Shown in pieces: positions 1 to 9,346 of a stretch of DNA of 55,803 bases. The stretch is taken from the NCBI GenBank assembly GCA_947594985.1, contig CANQEK010000001.1:1-55803 (forward strand). The letters are read 5' to 3'. Position numbers and translations under genes: made by a program. Each line of letters starts with the position of its first letter. Position 1 is the first letter of the stretch. The notes under the pieces were generated by a model that saw only the letters and a program-made list of their open reading frames with translations, was not told where the DNA came from and ran no database searches. This DNA comes from an uncultured Clostridia bacterium (GTDB lineage: Bacteria > Bacillota > Clostridia > TANB77 > CAG-508).

Positions 1-258
1 TTTATCTTTCCCTCCTTAAATTAATATTATGGCTAACGGCAAGTTATTAACGTACCCTGGTGTTTCTTAAAACTCCATTTAAAAATCCAAGCCTTCTTTA
101 GTATTCAAAATATTTATTTGAAACTTAAATTCTTGGATAAGTATGTACATTTATCAAACTTATCGCCCGGTCTAAGCCAAGACATACTCCACAGAAGTTC
201 CCTCCACTTTTTAAAGTGTAGCCACATTCTGTTTCATCGCTTAATCTTACGCTTTATT
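1..258 (-). promoter_or_regulatory. Long structured 5' leader (attenuator/riboswitch-like, class not identified) of a minus-strand gene whose start codon lies just beyond the left window edge
   Basis: No credible ORF. Minus-strand AAGGAGGG Shine-Dalgarno at 10-17, about 10 nt from the edge. Two pairings compete for 132-138: 132-142 can pair with 158-164 plus 177-181, or 132-138 can pair with 85-91 (ATCCAAG/CTTGGAT), which is followed by a short U-run (81-84) and has an inner TTCAAA/TTTGAA hairpin. Confidence 0.35.
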
Positions 259-288
259 ATTATACTACGGCGAATAAGGTATTGTCAA
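259..288 (-). promoter_or_regulatory. Sigma-A-type promoter for the leader above
   Basis: Minus-strand TTGACA (283-288), 18-nt spacer, TATAAT (259-264). Confidence 0.5.
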
Positions 289-292
289 CATA

Positions 293-370
293 TTTTTTCT
301 ATATTATAAATTTTTTTCCTATATTATAAATTTTTTCCTAATATTAAAAATTTTTTTCTATATTTTTTTT
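293..370. repeat. Four degenerate about 20-nt AT-rich tandem repeats (TTTTTTCCTATATTATAAA-like)
   Basis: Units at 293-310, 311-330, 331-350 and 351-370 read directly. They overlap the stop codon (324-326) and last codons of the 324-1730 gene. Confidence 0.7.
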
Positions 371-1730
371 GAACAATCGTTATTGTGAAAAATATTAAAA
401 ATGTTATAAATAAATATACAACAATGTTAAATGCTAATACAGGATAACTTATAAGATAAGCAATTTGTATATTAAAAATTAATTTAATTTTCTTTGTTTT
501 ACTCCACATTATAAACGGCATTAACCACATCAAATACCAAGTTTGAAAATTCGTTAGCAATACGAAAATAAATACTAATAATATAGTAGTAAATATATTT
601 ATCAATTTTCTAAAATTTATTTTTTTTGAAATTAAAATTCTAATACAAATTGTTGAATAAACAATAAAAAATATTATTAATAAAATATCTTTTATTTTAC
701 GTATAAAATTTGGTATCAAGGAAAATAGAATATGATATATATTATTGCTATATCTTTCTCTTTGTACAAGCATACACGTAAAAATAGATAAATCTTGCAT
801 ATATAATAAAAACGGTAATATAGTTATTATTAAAAATTCACTTCCAAAAACTAAACAACCTATAATTCTGTCTAATATTTTCTTATCTTTTAAATAATAT
901 AGTACTATAAAAGGTAATAAAAGTATCATCACAAATTTAATATTTACTGATAACGATAAAAATACTAATGAAAGATGTATATCATTTTTTTTCGTAATCA
1001 TGTATAAAGATATTAGTGTAAATAAAAGTAAATATAAATCATTATGCATATTTCCAATTCCATCTAATAAAACTAATGGATTTAAACCATATATTAAAAC
1101 AAATAGTTTTCTTTTGGAAATTTTATAAATGTAATAACAATTTAACATATGTACAACAATACTAGCAATTTTAAAAACTAATAATCCTATATCTGCATTT
1201 CCTAATGATAGTTTAGAAAAGGACTCACAAATCATAGTCCATATAGGACCATATACTACCGTTGTTTCTGACCAAACATTGTTGTACCCTACTAGTAACA
1301 TTGTATCATTATCTAAATTTATATTTTCTTTATCAACAAAATCACGCATATTCACATAATATGGATTTTGATTGTACTGTTGACTTAATCTTCCTATTCC
1401 TAAATAATAATAGATATCAGAACTTAAAAAAGGTGTAACTACAATAAATATACAACTAATAATAAATATAAATATGAATACATATTTTATATTTTTAAAA
1501 TAATCATTTCTTTTCTTTATTAAACGTAAATAAGCAACTATAAACAAAATAATAACAATAAAATATGTAATTAATTGTATTAACAAATCTGAATCATTTT
1601 GTAAAAAATAATTTTCTTTATTAAAAAGGATAAATGTTTTTCTTCTTAATAAATATAAAAAAGATGGGAGTACAAGTAAAATAGTTGTAATTATATATAA
1701 TAATCTGTTTAACCTTAACTTTTTCACCAT
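324..1730 (-). CDS. Polytopic integral membrane protein, possibly a GT-C-fold glycosyltransferase (function uncertain)
   Basis: 468-aa ORF with ATG start preceded by GGGAG. At least 10 hydrophobic segments plus a loop region (GPIWTMICESF...) reminiscent of lipid-linked sugar transferases. Lies 25 nt downstream of the preceding gene. Confidence 0.6.
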   Translation of the reverse strand: MVKKLRLNRLLYIITTILLVLPSFLYLLRRKTFILFNKENYFLQNDSDLLIQLITYFIVIILFIVAYLRLIKKRNDYFKNIKYVFIFIFIISCIFIVVTPFLSSDIYYYLGIGRLSQQYNQNPYYVNMRDFVDKENINLDNDTMLLVGYNNVWSETTVVYGPIWTMICESFSKLSLGNADIGLLVFKIASIVVHMLNCYYIYKISKRKLFVLIYGLNPLVLLDGIGNMHNDLYLLLFTLISLYMITKKNDIHLSLVFLSLSVNIKFVMILLLPFIVLYYLKDKKILDRIIGCLVFGSEFLIITILPFLLYMQDLSIFTCMLVQRERYSNNIYHILFSLIPNFIRKIKDILLIIFFIVYSTICIRILISKKINFRKLINIFTTILLVFIFVLLTNFQTWYLMWLMPFIMWSKTKKIKLIFNIQIAYLISYPVLAFNIVVYLFITFLIFFTITIVQKKYRKKFLILGKNL

Positions 1731-1755
1731 ATCACTCCCATTAAATCCTTTATCT

Positions 1756-2796
1756 TTATTCTGCTAATAAAGAACATTCTATATTTGTTTTTCCTTGTAA
1801 ATCTCCATTATTATATTTTAAAAGACTTACTGTCGGATTCCCTGTAGCATGTGGAATTTCTAAAATAATTTCCATAATTCCATCATTATCTATATCAACC
1901 GTTTCAATATTATTTATGCTCAAATAATATTCATTATTAATATCGTTTTTCCATTTACTTTTTTCAATTGAAGCTAAATCAGCAAGCTTTGTTCCTTTAG
2001 AATCGAATAATGTTATTTTAGAAAAGCCTGTAACTTTATTAGCTAATATTAATATATATTCATCAGTACCATTTCCATCTAAATCAACTATCAAAGTTTT
2101 TACTGTATCATAATCTTTTATAGAAGAATTATTAGTAGTTATTATTTCAGGTACTGTATTTACAACTTTTACATTTCTAGGTATAGCGTTATAATCTTCC
2201 GAAATAGCTATTTTTCCTACATTATCTATTTTTACAAGTCCTTCATAAACTTGAGTTGAAAACGTTCCCAACTTTGATTCCTGAAAACTATAATTTCCAT
2301 AACTATAATATGTTATAACATATTTATCACTTGCATCTTGCCTACTATCAATATATTGTAGCGCTACTTCATCCATCTTGCTAGTATCTAAAATTAATCC
2401 ATTATATAAAACAACTAAAGATTCATTCATAACTTTTTTTGCATTTGCATCAGTAGTAGTAGCAGAAGAAGGTTGTTGAGAAGTAACATCTGATAGAGCT
2501 GAATCTATTAGATTTGCAATTGTATCTTCTTGTTGTTCTTCTTCATTTATTGAATTATCTATAGGAATATTTTCTAAATTTGAAATTAATTCATTATATT
2601 GTTTATCATAATTATCTTTAGCATTATGAATTAAATAATATGTTAAAGCACCTGTTCCAATTATTAATATTACAAAAGCTATTAATATAAAATCTCTAAG
2701 AGTTCCAATTTTTATTTTAACAGTTTCTTTTTTTCCTTTTTCAATATTTTCAACATTTTGTTCTTCTTCAATCTTTTGTTTATCTTGTTTTTCCAT
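1756..2796 (-). CDS. N-terminally anchored extracytoplasmic protein with two DxDxDG (FG-GAP/VCBS-like) motifs
   Basis: 346-aa ORF, AAAGGAG SD. Acidic N-terminus followed by TM (FILIAFVILIIGTGALTYYLI). Motifs VDLDGNGTDEYI and VDIDNDGIMEI. Confidence 0.6.
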   Translation of the reverse strand: MEKQDKQKIEEEQNVENIEKGKKETVKIKIGTLRDFILIAFVILIIGTGALTYYLIHNAKDNYDKQYNELISNLENIPIDNSINEEEQQEDTIANLIDSALSDVTSQQPSSATTTDANAKKVMNESLVVLYNGLILDTSKMDEVALQYIDSRQDASDKYVITYYSYGNYSFQESKLGTFSTQVYEGLVKIDNVGKIAISEDYNAIPRNVKVVNTVPEIITTNNSSIKDYDTVKTLIVDLDGNGTDEYILILANKVTGFSKITLFDSKGTKLADLASIEKSKWKNDINNEYYLSINNIETVDIDNDGIMEIILEIPHATGNPTVSLLKYNNGDLQGKTNIECSLLAE

Positions 2797-2855
2797 AAGT
2801 ATTCTCCTTTATTTACATCTTTTGAATTAATTTATACTTATATATTTTAAGCGAT

Positions 2856-5069
2856 TTAAAGAATTTCTGAACTATTTATATATTCTATAATCCTTGAAAT
2901 TTCATTTGCTAAAGTATCTTGATATTTTGGTTCTTCTTTTTCTGGATTCGAAATATTATCATAACCATATTTATTTAAAAATCTATATGTCTGTACTTCA
3001 ATCACTTCTTTTTTAGATAGTTTTCTACTATCTAATGGTAAATTTCTACCTTCTTTTTCTTCAATGATATTTTGAATTTTTGAATCTAATATTATAAAAT
3101 TTCTTCTTAATTCTTTATCAATTTCTTTTAAGTTATTAACATCATCTATAACTAAATCATCATCTGAATTTTCATTAATAAACATTGTTAATTCTGCCAT
3201 TATTTCATGAATACTATAATTATATGCTAAACCTAATTTTCTCGATAATGTTTTTCTAATAGCTTTTTGCCTAATTTCAATTTGTTCTACCATAAAATCA
3301 TCTAATTTGTTTCTACCTGTAAATATTCCAAAAAACCTACTAATCGGACCTTTGTCTTCTATTATTTCTAAATCTTCTCTTAATTTTTTTAGTTCTGCTT
3401 CACCTCTAAGATTAGTAATCTTTTCGTTAATTCCTCTTTTAAGTTCGTTTTCTTCTATTATTGCCATTTCATCAAATCTTGTAGCACTAGTATTTCTCGG
3501 TGCTATTTTTGGATTATTTAAATAATTAATTAAAGTACTTATTTCTATATTTGTTTTAGAAATTTTCTCTAATTGTTCCTTGTTTTTTTTATTTTTAGGT
3601 TTTTCACAAAGCTCATTTATTTTAGAATCAATAGTATTTAATAATTCTAAAACAACTTCCGCATTTTTTCTCATTTCAAATCCGTTGTTAAGAGCACTAT
3701 AAGAAATTCCAATATTACCTGCTATTTTAGCATGATTTTGTTGTTTCGAAATTAATCTTTCTATATCACTTAATAATTTTTTTATTGCATCAATATTTTC
3801 TTTACTTTCATTTTTAACTCTATATGTTAAAGATGATTTATCTTCCTCTTTTTCTTTTGACTCTTCTTTTAGAGTATTAGCTGAATTGCTATTATCAAAA
3901 TCATTATAATCTAAATTATTATTTTCTAAATTACTATTTTCTGAATTATTATTTTCTGAATAATCATTTTCTGTACTACTATTTCCTAAATAATCGTTTT
4001 CTGTAACATTTTCAATATTCTCTGAATCTCTAATATTACTGTTTTGTTCTAAATCTACTATATTTTCACCATTTAAATTATTTGTATCTTCATAATTCTC
4101 AAATTCTTTTTCGATTTCTCTACATTCAGCAATAATATACACTGCAATATTTCTTTTCCAAATATTTACAAATTCAATATTCTGTTTTCTTTTTTCAAAA
4201 AGTTTTGTTGTTGTTTCTTTTAAATCTTCTAGTTCCTTTGATATTCTAGCTATATCATCAAAATCATTTGTAATATTTTCTTCTGAATCATCAATAATCT
4301 CTTCATCATTTTCTTTTTCAGTATCATACTTACCAAGTAATTGTTCTAATTTTCTAATATTTTCAAAGTTAATTGAATTTTCTTTTTCTAATGCTATGCA
4401 TTCTTGTATTTTTCCTTTTATTAAATAAGAGTTTTCCAAAATATAATCATAAAGCCCATTTCTAGCATCTTCATTTAATTCATCTAACTCTTGTTTTTGT
4501 AATTCTACATTATACATTTTTACAATTTTAGAATTTCTTCCTACACTTTTTTCTTTATCCTCTGTTATTTTTTTTATTCTGGTAAAAGGAGATATTAATA
4601 TTTCTTCTTTATATTTCTTTTCATTTAAGAACTCTTTAATATAAATATAAGGTATATTACTAGTTAAATTAATATTCATACAAGCAGGTCTATTCCAATT
4701 AAGTGCATTTTTCAAAGCACAATCTAAATTATTTGATGACATTAAAAATCTATCTATAAAAACTTCGCTTGTAACTCGTTCTACTTCAGGTAAATTAGTC
4801 CCTCTATAAAATATTTCTTTTTTATTTAATTTATTATTATAATATTTTTTTAACATAAGTCTGTATATTAATTTGATTGTTTTTAAATAATTTATAACAG
4901 AATATCTATCATAATTTATATTTACGACTTTATTCTCAACATCAGCACTTAATAAAGCTATATCAGTTTCACAATTACTGATAAGCATTTGATTTATTGC
5001 TTCATAATTTTCATTTCTATAAACCTTCAATGCTGCTATTTCTTCTTTTGTAGCATTAAAATCTATCAT
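2856..5069 (-). CDS. Large cytoplasmic protein with N-terminal ADP-ribosyltransferase (R-S-E, C3/VIP2-exoenzyme-like) domain, Asn/Asp/Glu/Ser-rich low-complexity linker and long helical C-terminal region
   Basis: Start taken at the ATG at 5069, preceded by GAGGTG (the ORF-track M at 5108 has no SD). Motifs: VYRNENYEAINQML (Y-x-x-x-x-Y-x-x-I-N-x-x-L), FYRGT (Arg), LMSSN (S-x-S position), YKEEILISP (catalytic Glu followed by hydrophobics). No signal peptide or TM. Confidence 0.65.
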   Translation of the reverse strand: MIDFNATKEEIAALKVYRNENYEAINQMLISNCETDIALLSADVENKVVNINYDRYSVINYLKTIKLIYRLMLKKYYNNKLNKKEIFYRGTNLPEVERVTSEVFIDRFLMSSNNLDCALKNALNWNRPACMNINLTSNIPYIYIKEFLNEKKYKEEILISPFTRIKKITEDKEKSVGRNSKIVKMYNVELQKQELDELNEDARNGLYDYILENSYLIKGKIQECIALEKENSINFENIRKLEQLLGKYDTEKENDEEIIDDSEENITNDFDDIARISKELEDLKETTTKLFEKRKQNIEFVNIWKRNIAVYIIAECREIEKEFENYEDTNNLNGENIVDLEQNSNIRDSENIENVTENDYLGNSSTENDYSENNNSENSNLENNNLDYNDFDNSNSANTLKEESKEKEEDKSSLTYRVKNESKENIDAIKKLLSDIERLISKQQNHAKIAGNIGISYSALNNGFEMRKNAEVVLELLNTIDSKINELCEKPKNKKNKEQLEKISKTNIEISTLINYLNNPKIAPRNTSATRFDEMAIIEENELKRGINEKITNLRGEAELKKLREDLEIIEDKGPISRFFGIFTGRNKLDDFMVEQIEIRQKAIRKTLSRKLGLAYNYSIHEIMAELTMFINENSDDDLVIDDVNNLKEIDKELRRNFIILDSKIQNIIEEKEGRNLPLDSRKLSKKEVIEVQTYRFLNKYGYDNISNPEKEEPKYQDTLANEISRIIEYINSSEIL

Positions 5070-5133
5070 TTGTATCACCTCATATTTTTTACTATATAAT
5101 TTTATCATTTATATATTTTTTTAGCAACATTTT

Positions 5134-5218
5134 TATAACAATTTTAATATTAATTGCTGTATACAATTTTAATATTATTTACGTCACTTAATTTTACCAT
5201 TTATACAGTTTTAATATT
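5134..5218. repeat. Three direct repeats TATA(A)CARTTTTAATATT upstream of the ADP-ribosyltransferase gene (candidate operator sites)
   Basis: Copies at 5134-5151, 5160-5176 and 5202-5218, read directly. They lie 65-150 nt upstream of the ATG at 5069. Confidence 0.55.
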
Positions 5219-5288
5219 ATAATAATTATCATAAATTTTAGGCAAAAGATTTATATAATAGGAAATACAAAGTACTTTCCTAATTATA

Positions 5289-5330
5289 TAAAAAACCTAT
5301 CAAATTAGTTTTATTTTATAATTTGATAGG
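5289..5330 (-). terminator. Rho-independent terminator after ctpA
   Basis: 11-bp perfect stem CCTATCAAATT (5296-5306) / AATTTGATAGG (5320-5330), followed on the minus strand by a U-run (plus A-run 5290-5295). Confidence 0.7.
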
Positions 5331-5334
5331 CATT

Positions 5335-5403
5335 TAATTTAATTTAACTTAATTTAACTTAATTTAATTTATATATTTTATTTTAATTTATATATTTTAT
5401 TTT
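5335..5403. repeat. Short AT-rich tandem repeats: 10-nt AATTTAACTT units, then a 19-nt unit AATTTATATATTTTATTTT twice
   Basis: The 19-nt unit is perfect at 5366-5384 and 5385-5403. The second copy overlaps the ctpA stop codon (5397-5399). Confidence 0.7.
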
Positions 5404-6614
5404 AATAACTCTATTGCTTTATTTAATTGCTCATCTTCTTCAGTTTCTTCATTATCTTCTATTTCATAATCAGGCTTTATACCAACTTTATTAATTTTTG
5501 TTTCATTTGGTGTAAAATATTCGTTTACTGTAAGCTTTAAAGCACTTCCATCTTCTAGCATAAATACATTTTGAATTACACCTTTTCCATAAGTATTTTT
5601 TCCTACAAAAGTTGCTTTATTATTGTCTTTTAAAGCACCTACAAGAATTTCTGAAGCACTAGCAGAGTATTCATTTACTAAAACAACTGTATCCATATCT
5701 ATAATCGAATCTTCTTTTGCTTTATCAATTTCTTTATTTCCTTTTGAATCAAGAGTTATCAATTCTGTACTACCTTTTGGTAAAAATAAATCTAGAATTT
5801 TTAAAGCTTCATCAACTAATCCTCCAGTATTATTTCTAATATCTAAAATTATTTTCTTTGCACCTTGAGATTTCAAAGTTTGGTAAGCATTTTTGAATTC
5901 ATCACTGCAACCTTCATCAAAAGTAATTAAAGAAATATATCCTATGTTATTTTCTAACATTTTGCTTTCTACATGATATACTTTTATAGATTTTCTTTCT
6001 AATTCAAAATCTTTATATTCATTTTCTCTTAAAATAGTAATTTTAACTTTCGTTCCTTCTTCGCCTTTTATTTTTGCAGAAACATCATCTGAACTCATTC
6101 CCATAACATTTTCTTCATTTACAAATGCTATAATATCTCCTGATTTTATTCCAGCTTCCTCTGCTGGAGTTCCTTTTATAGGTGCTAATACTACTACATT
6201 ACCATTTTTATCAACACTCATATATATACCAACACCTACATAGTTTCCCAATGCATTTGCTTGAAAATCAGCCCATTCGCTTGTTGTCATGTATTCTGAA
6301 TATTCATCACCTAATCCGTTAATATATCCTTTAATTGTTTCATCTAGCATCTTCTGTTCATCTATTTCTCCAATATAAGATTCATCTATAACTTTTCTAA
6401 AACCTTCTAAAGTATCTGCTATAACTTCTATATTCTCTTTTGGATCCTCAGAAACTTTACCTTTTGATATACTGCTCTTTTTCATATAATAATATAATGA
6501 AAATTCAGAAGCTGCAACTGCAACAATTATCGATATAATAATTGTAAACACAACAAACTTTATTGTTAATTTTTTCTTTTCATTTTCAAATTTTATTATC
6601 TCGTCTTCTTCCAT
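5397..6614 (-). CDS. ctpA: Carboxy-terminal processing protease, S41 family (PDZ domain)
   Basis: 405 aa with N-terminal TM. PDZ-like GIKSGDIIAFVNEENV. S41 motifs RNNTGGLVDEA, VLVNEYSASASEILVGALKDN, GKNTYGKGVIQ. Confidence 0.9.
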   Translation of the reverse strand: MEEDEIIKFENEKKKLTIKFVVFTIIISIIVAVAASEFSLYYYMKKSSISKGKVSEDPKENIEVIADTLEGFRKVIDESYIGEIDEQKMLDETIKGYINGLGDEYSEYMTTSEWADFQANALGNYVGVGIYMSVDKNGNVVVLAPIKGTPAEEAGIKSGDIIAFVNEENVMGMSSDDVSAKIKGEEGTKVKITILRENEYKDFELERKSIKVYHVESKMLENNIGYISLITFDEGCSDEFKNAYQTLKSQGAKKIILDIRNNTGGLVDEALKILDLFLPKGSTELITLDSKGNKEIDKAKEDSIIDMDTVVLVNEYSASASEILVGALKDNNKATFVGKNTYGKGVIQNVFMLEDGSALKLTVNEYFTPNETKINKVGIKPDYEIEDNEETEEDEQLNKAIELLK

Positions 6615-6700
6615 TGTATATTAAATAATCTCCTATCTTAATTTTTAGAAAAATAAATTGATATTTTTATTTTAAAATTTCCAGAAAAATAAATATATTT

Positions 6701-7876
6701 TTAAGGTAAATATGGTAATGGATTAACATCATCACCTCTTACACGTACTTCAAAATGTAAATGTGGACCTGTTGAATTTCCAGTTGAACCAACTTGACCT
6801 ATTTGTTGACCTTGAGAAACTTGCTGATTTAAAGATACCATTCTAGATCCTGGAAGCATATGAGCATATAATGTCATAGTACCATCATGATGGTCAATAA
6901 CTATGTATTCTCCATAACTTTTATAATTACCGTTAGGATAAGTCAAAGCTTTAGAAGTTACTACTGTTCCATCTTTTACAGCATAAATTGGTGTTCCTGC
7001 ACTACATGCGAAATCAACTCCTGTATGTCTTCCACTACGTGTTTGATATGAGCCATATCCAGTTGTTATATTGGCTTTAGATTTTCCTTTCAATGGCATT
7101 ATGTATCCTGCCGCACTAGGTGCTACTGGAACTATGTTATTTTTAGCAGCTAATGCAGCCAATTCTGATTGAATTCTTTGTTTATCTCTTTCAAATTCAT
7201 CTAATTCTGCTTGGATAGCTTTTTCTTCTTCTGTTAAGTTACTAGCTAAAACATTCTTTTTACTTACAGATGAATCTAATTCTTGTTTCTTTTGGTTTAT
7301 TGAATCTTGTGCAATTTTTACGTTATTTTGAGATTCTTCTAAAGATTTTTTTTCATTTTCTATTTGCAATCTAGTATTTTCTATATTAGTTAATAATTCA
7401 TCATCAGCTTTTGCTATTTCTGAAATTAAATAGTAATTTGATATAAAATCAGAAAGTCCATCTGAAGATAGAAGCATTTCTAAATATCCCATTGTTCCAG
7501 ATTCATACATAGCAACAAGCCTTTTTTCTAATGCGTCCTTTTGAGCATCATATTTTTTGCTTTGTTCTTCTATATTTGATTGTTTTTCAGAAATTTGAAC
7601 ACCTAAAGTATTAATTTGTCCTTGTAGATTATTTATTTCTGTTTGATAACCAGAAATTTCTTGATTTAACTTATTTATTTGATCTAATGTACTATTTAAC
7701 TCTTTATGAACACCTTCAAGTTCTTCTTTTTTTTCTGAAATTTGTGCATTTATATCACTTTGTTGTTTTTTTAATTCTTGTGATGTAGCAGCATAACTAA
7801 AACCAATACTACTTAATAAAATAATTAAAACTAAAACATCAATAAATATTATTCTTTTACTTCTTCTAATATTCAT
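6701..7876 (-). CDS. Coiled-coil M23 (LytM) metallopeptidase, EnvC-like
   Basis: 391 aa. Signal anchor, long heptad-rich region with KRLVAMYESG, C-terminal HTGVDFA...GPHLHFEVR M23 motifs. Confidence 0.88.
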   Translation of the reverse strand: MNIRRSKRIIFIDVLVLIILLSSIGFSYAATSQELKKQQSDINAQISEKKEELEGVHKELNSTLDQINKLNQEISGYQTEINNLQGQINTLGVQISEKQSNIEEQSKKYDAQKDALEKRLVAMYESGTMGYLEMLLSSDGLSDFISNYYLISEIAKADDELLTNIENTRLQIENEKKSLEESQNNVKIAQDSINQKKQELDSSVSKKNVLASNLTEEEKAIQAELDEFERDKQRIQSELAALAAKNNIVPVAPSAAGYIMPLKGKSKANITTGYGSYQTRSGRHTGVDFACSAGTPIYAVKDGTVVTSKALTYPNGNYKSYGEYIVIDHHDGTMTLYAHMLPGSRMVSLNQQVSQGQQIGQVGSTGNSTGPHLHFEVRVRGDDVNPLPYLP

Positions 7877-7980
7877 ATTTTTTTACTAATGCTATTTAAT
7901 AATTTATCTAGTCATTAATGATAATAACTTATAAATACTATATTTATTTAATTTAAATATCTTAAATAGCATATCTCCTT

Positions 7981-9243
7981 TTAATTTTTATTTTCTAAAT
8001 TTTCATTTTCTGTTTCATTATTTAATTCAACAGTTACATTTTCTTCAGCAGAATCAGAAGATGTTTTATTTTGTAATGCATTATTTGCTTGTTCTGTAGT
8101 ACTTGAATAAGAAGTTATATAATCTAATGGTTGTACATATTCACCTGCAATTCTTACTTCAAAATGTGCGTGTGGACCTGTTGAATAACCAGTATGTCCA
8201 ACTTTTAATATTGGAGTTCCTTGATATACAACGTCTCCTACATTTACAAGAATACTAGAACCATGTGCATATAATGTAGTAATTCCTCCTCCATGATCTA
8301 TAATAACCATATTTCCATAAGCATTATTCCATCCTGCATAAGTTACTACTCCATCATTTGCAGCAATAAAATTTGCCCCCTCTGGAGCTCCTATATCCAC
8401 TCCAGTATGAAGTTTATAAACTCCTGTAATTGGATGAGTTCTCATACCAAATTGTGATGTAATTCTTGTATATCCTGGAACTGGCCAAGCCATAAGGCCT
8501 CCAACATATTCTTCTCCAATATTTGCTAAAGCTAATAATCTTATTTCAGTTTCAATTTCAGCAACCTGCGTTTGATATTCTTCAACTTTTTGTTGTAATT
8601 CCAATTCACTTTCAGTTAATTCTTTCAATCTACTATTTTTTATAACTGACATATTAGCAAGAGAAATCGCATTTTTTTCTCTTGTTTCTCTAGAAGCAGT
8701 TAAAACTAATTTTTTTGTTTCTAAACTTTCAGTTAATTTTTTATTATATTTTTTTTCAGCTTCAACACTTTCTAAAAGTTCTCTATCTGCCTTTGAAATT
8801 TCTTCTATAAAAAAATAATTAGATAAAAGTTCTGGAATACTTTTAGAATTTAACAAAAGACTAAGATATGTTGTTTGACCCATTTCATACATTGCAACAA
8901 GTCTTTTTTCTAATAAATCTTTTTGTGTATTATATTTTTCAGTAGATTTTTTTAGTTCACTTTCAGCTTTATTTATATAAGCTAATAAATCTTTTTCTTG
9001 TGTTTCTAATGTTTTTATTTCCATTTGTTTATCAAGAATTTGTTGGCTTATTTCTGAAATTTCAACTACTGTTTTGCTTAATTGATCTTCAATAAATTCT
9101 ATTTGTTTATTTGAATTTTCTATTTCATTTTCTAAATTACCTTTTTCAATTTGTAATGTATCCAAATCTTTTTCTTCTTTATTGGTTTCTTCTTGACTTT
9201 CTATATCTACCTGTTCTTCATTTTCTTCACTTATTCCGTGCAT
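7981..9243 (-). CDS. Second coiled-coil M23 metallopeptidase (paralog). The ORF as it stands lacks its signal anchor (see finding)
   Basis: 420 aa. KRLVAMYEMG coiled-coil region; HTGVDIGA...GPHAHFEVR. A 36-codon ORF encoding a signal-anchor-like peptide (9337-9227) overlaps the start in another frame. Confidence 0.8.
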   Translation of the reverse strand: MHGISEENEEQVDIESQEETNKEEKDLDTLQIEKGNLENEIENSNKQIEFIEDQLSKTVVEISEISQQILDKQMEIKTLETQEKDLLAYINKAESELKKSTEKYNTQKDLLEKRLVAMYEMGQTTYLSLLLNSKSIPELLSNYFFIEEISKADRELLESVEAEKKYNKKLTESLETKKLVLTASRETREKNAISLANMSVIKNSRLKELTESELELQQKVEEYQTQVAEIETEIRLLALANIGEEYVGGLMAWPVPGYTRITSQFGMRTHPITGVYKLHTGVDIGAPEGANFIAANDGVVTYAGWNNAYGNMVIIDHGGGITTLYAHGSSILVNVGDVVYQGTPILKVGHTGYSTGPHAHFEVRIAGEYVQPLDYITSYSSTTEQANNALQNKTSSDSAEENVTVELNNETENENLENKN

Positions 9244-9346
9244 CTTCTTGAACAGCTATTACTTGAAATAATACTAAATTACATGATATACAAAATATTA
9301 CTAAAATTATTAAATTAAATTTAATAAATTTTTTCATAATATTGTT

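Noticed and set aside
1-258. T-box identity for the left-edge leader (it contains GCGATGA and CCGTTA-like strings).
   Set aside because: There is no recognisable T-box sequence (GGTGGTACC-like) paired with a terminator, unlike the clear pheS leader at 30355-30650. It is kept as an unclassified leader.
118-309. 63-aa plus-strand ORF with an apparent TTG start.
   Set aside because: It overlaps the minus-strand promoter and structured leader, has no SD, and has an implausible composition.
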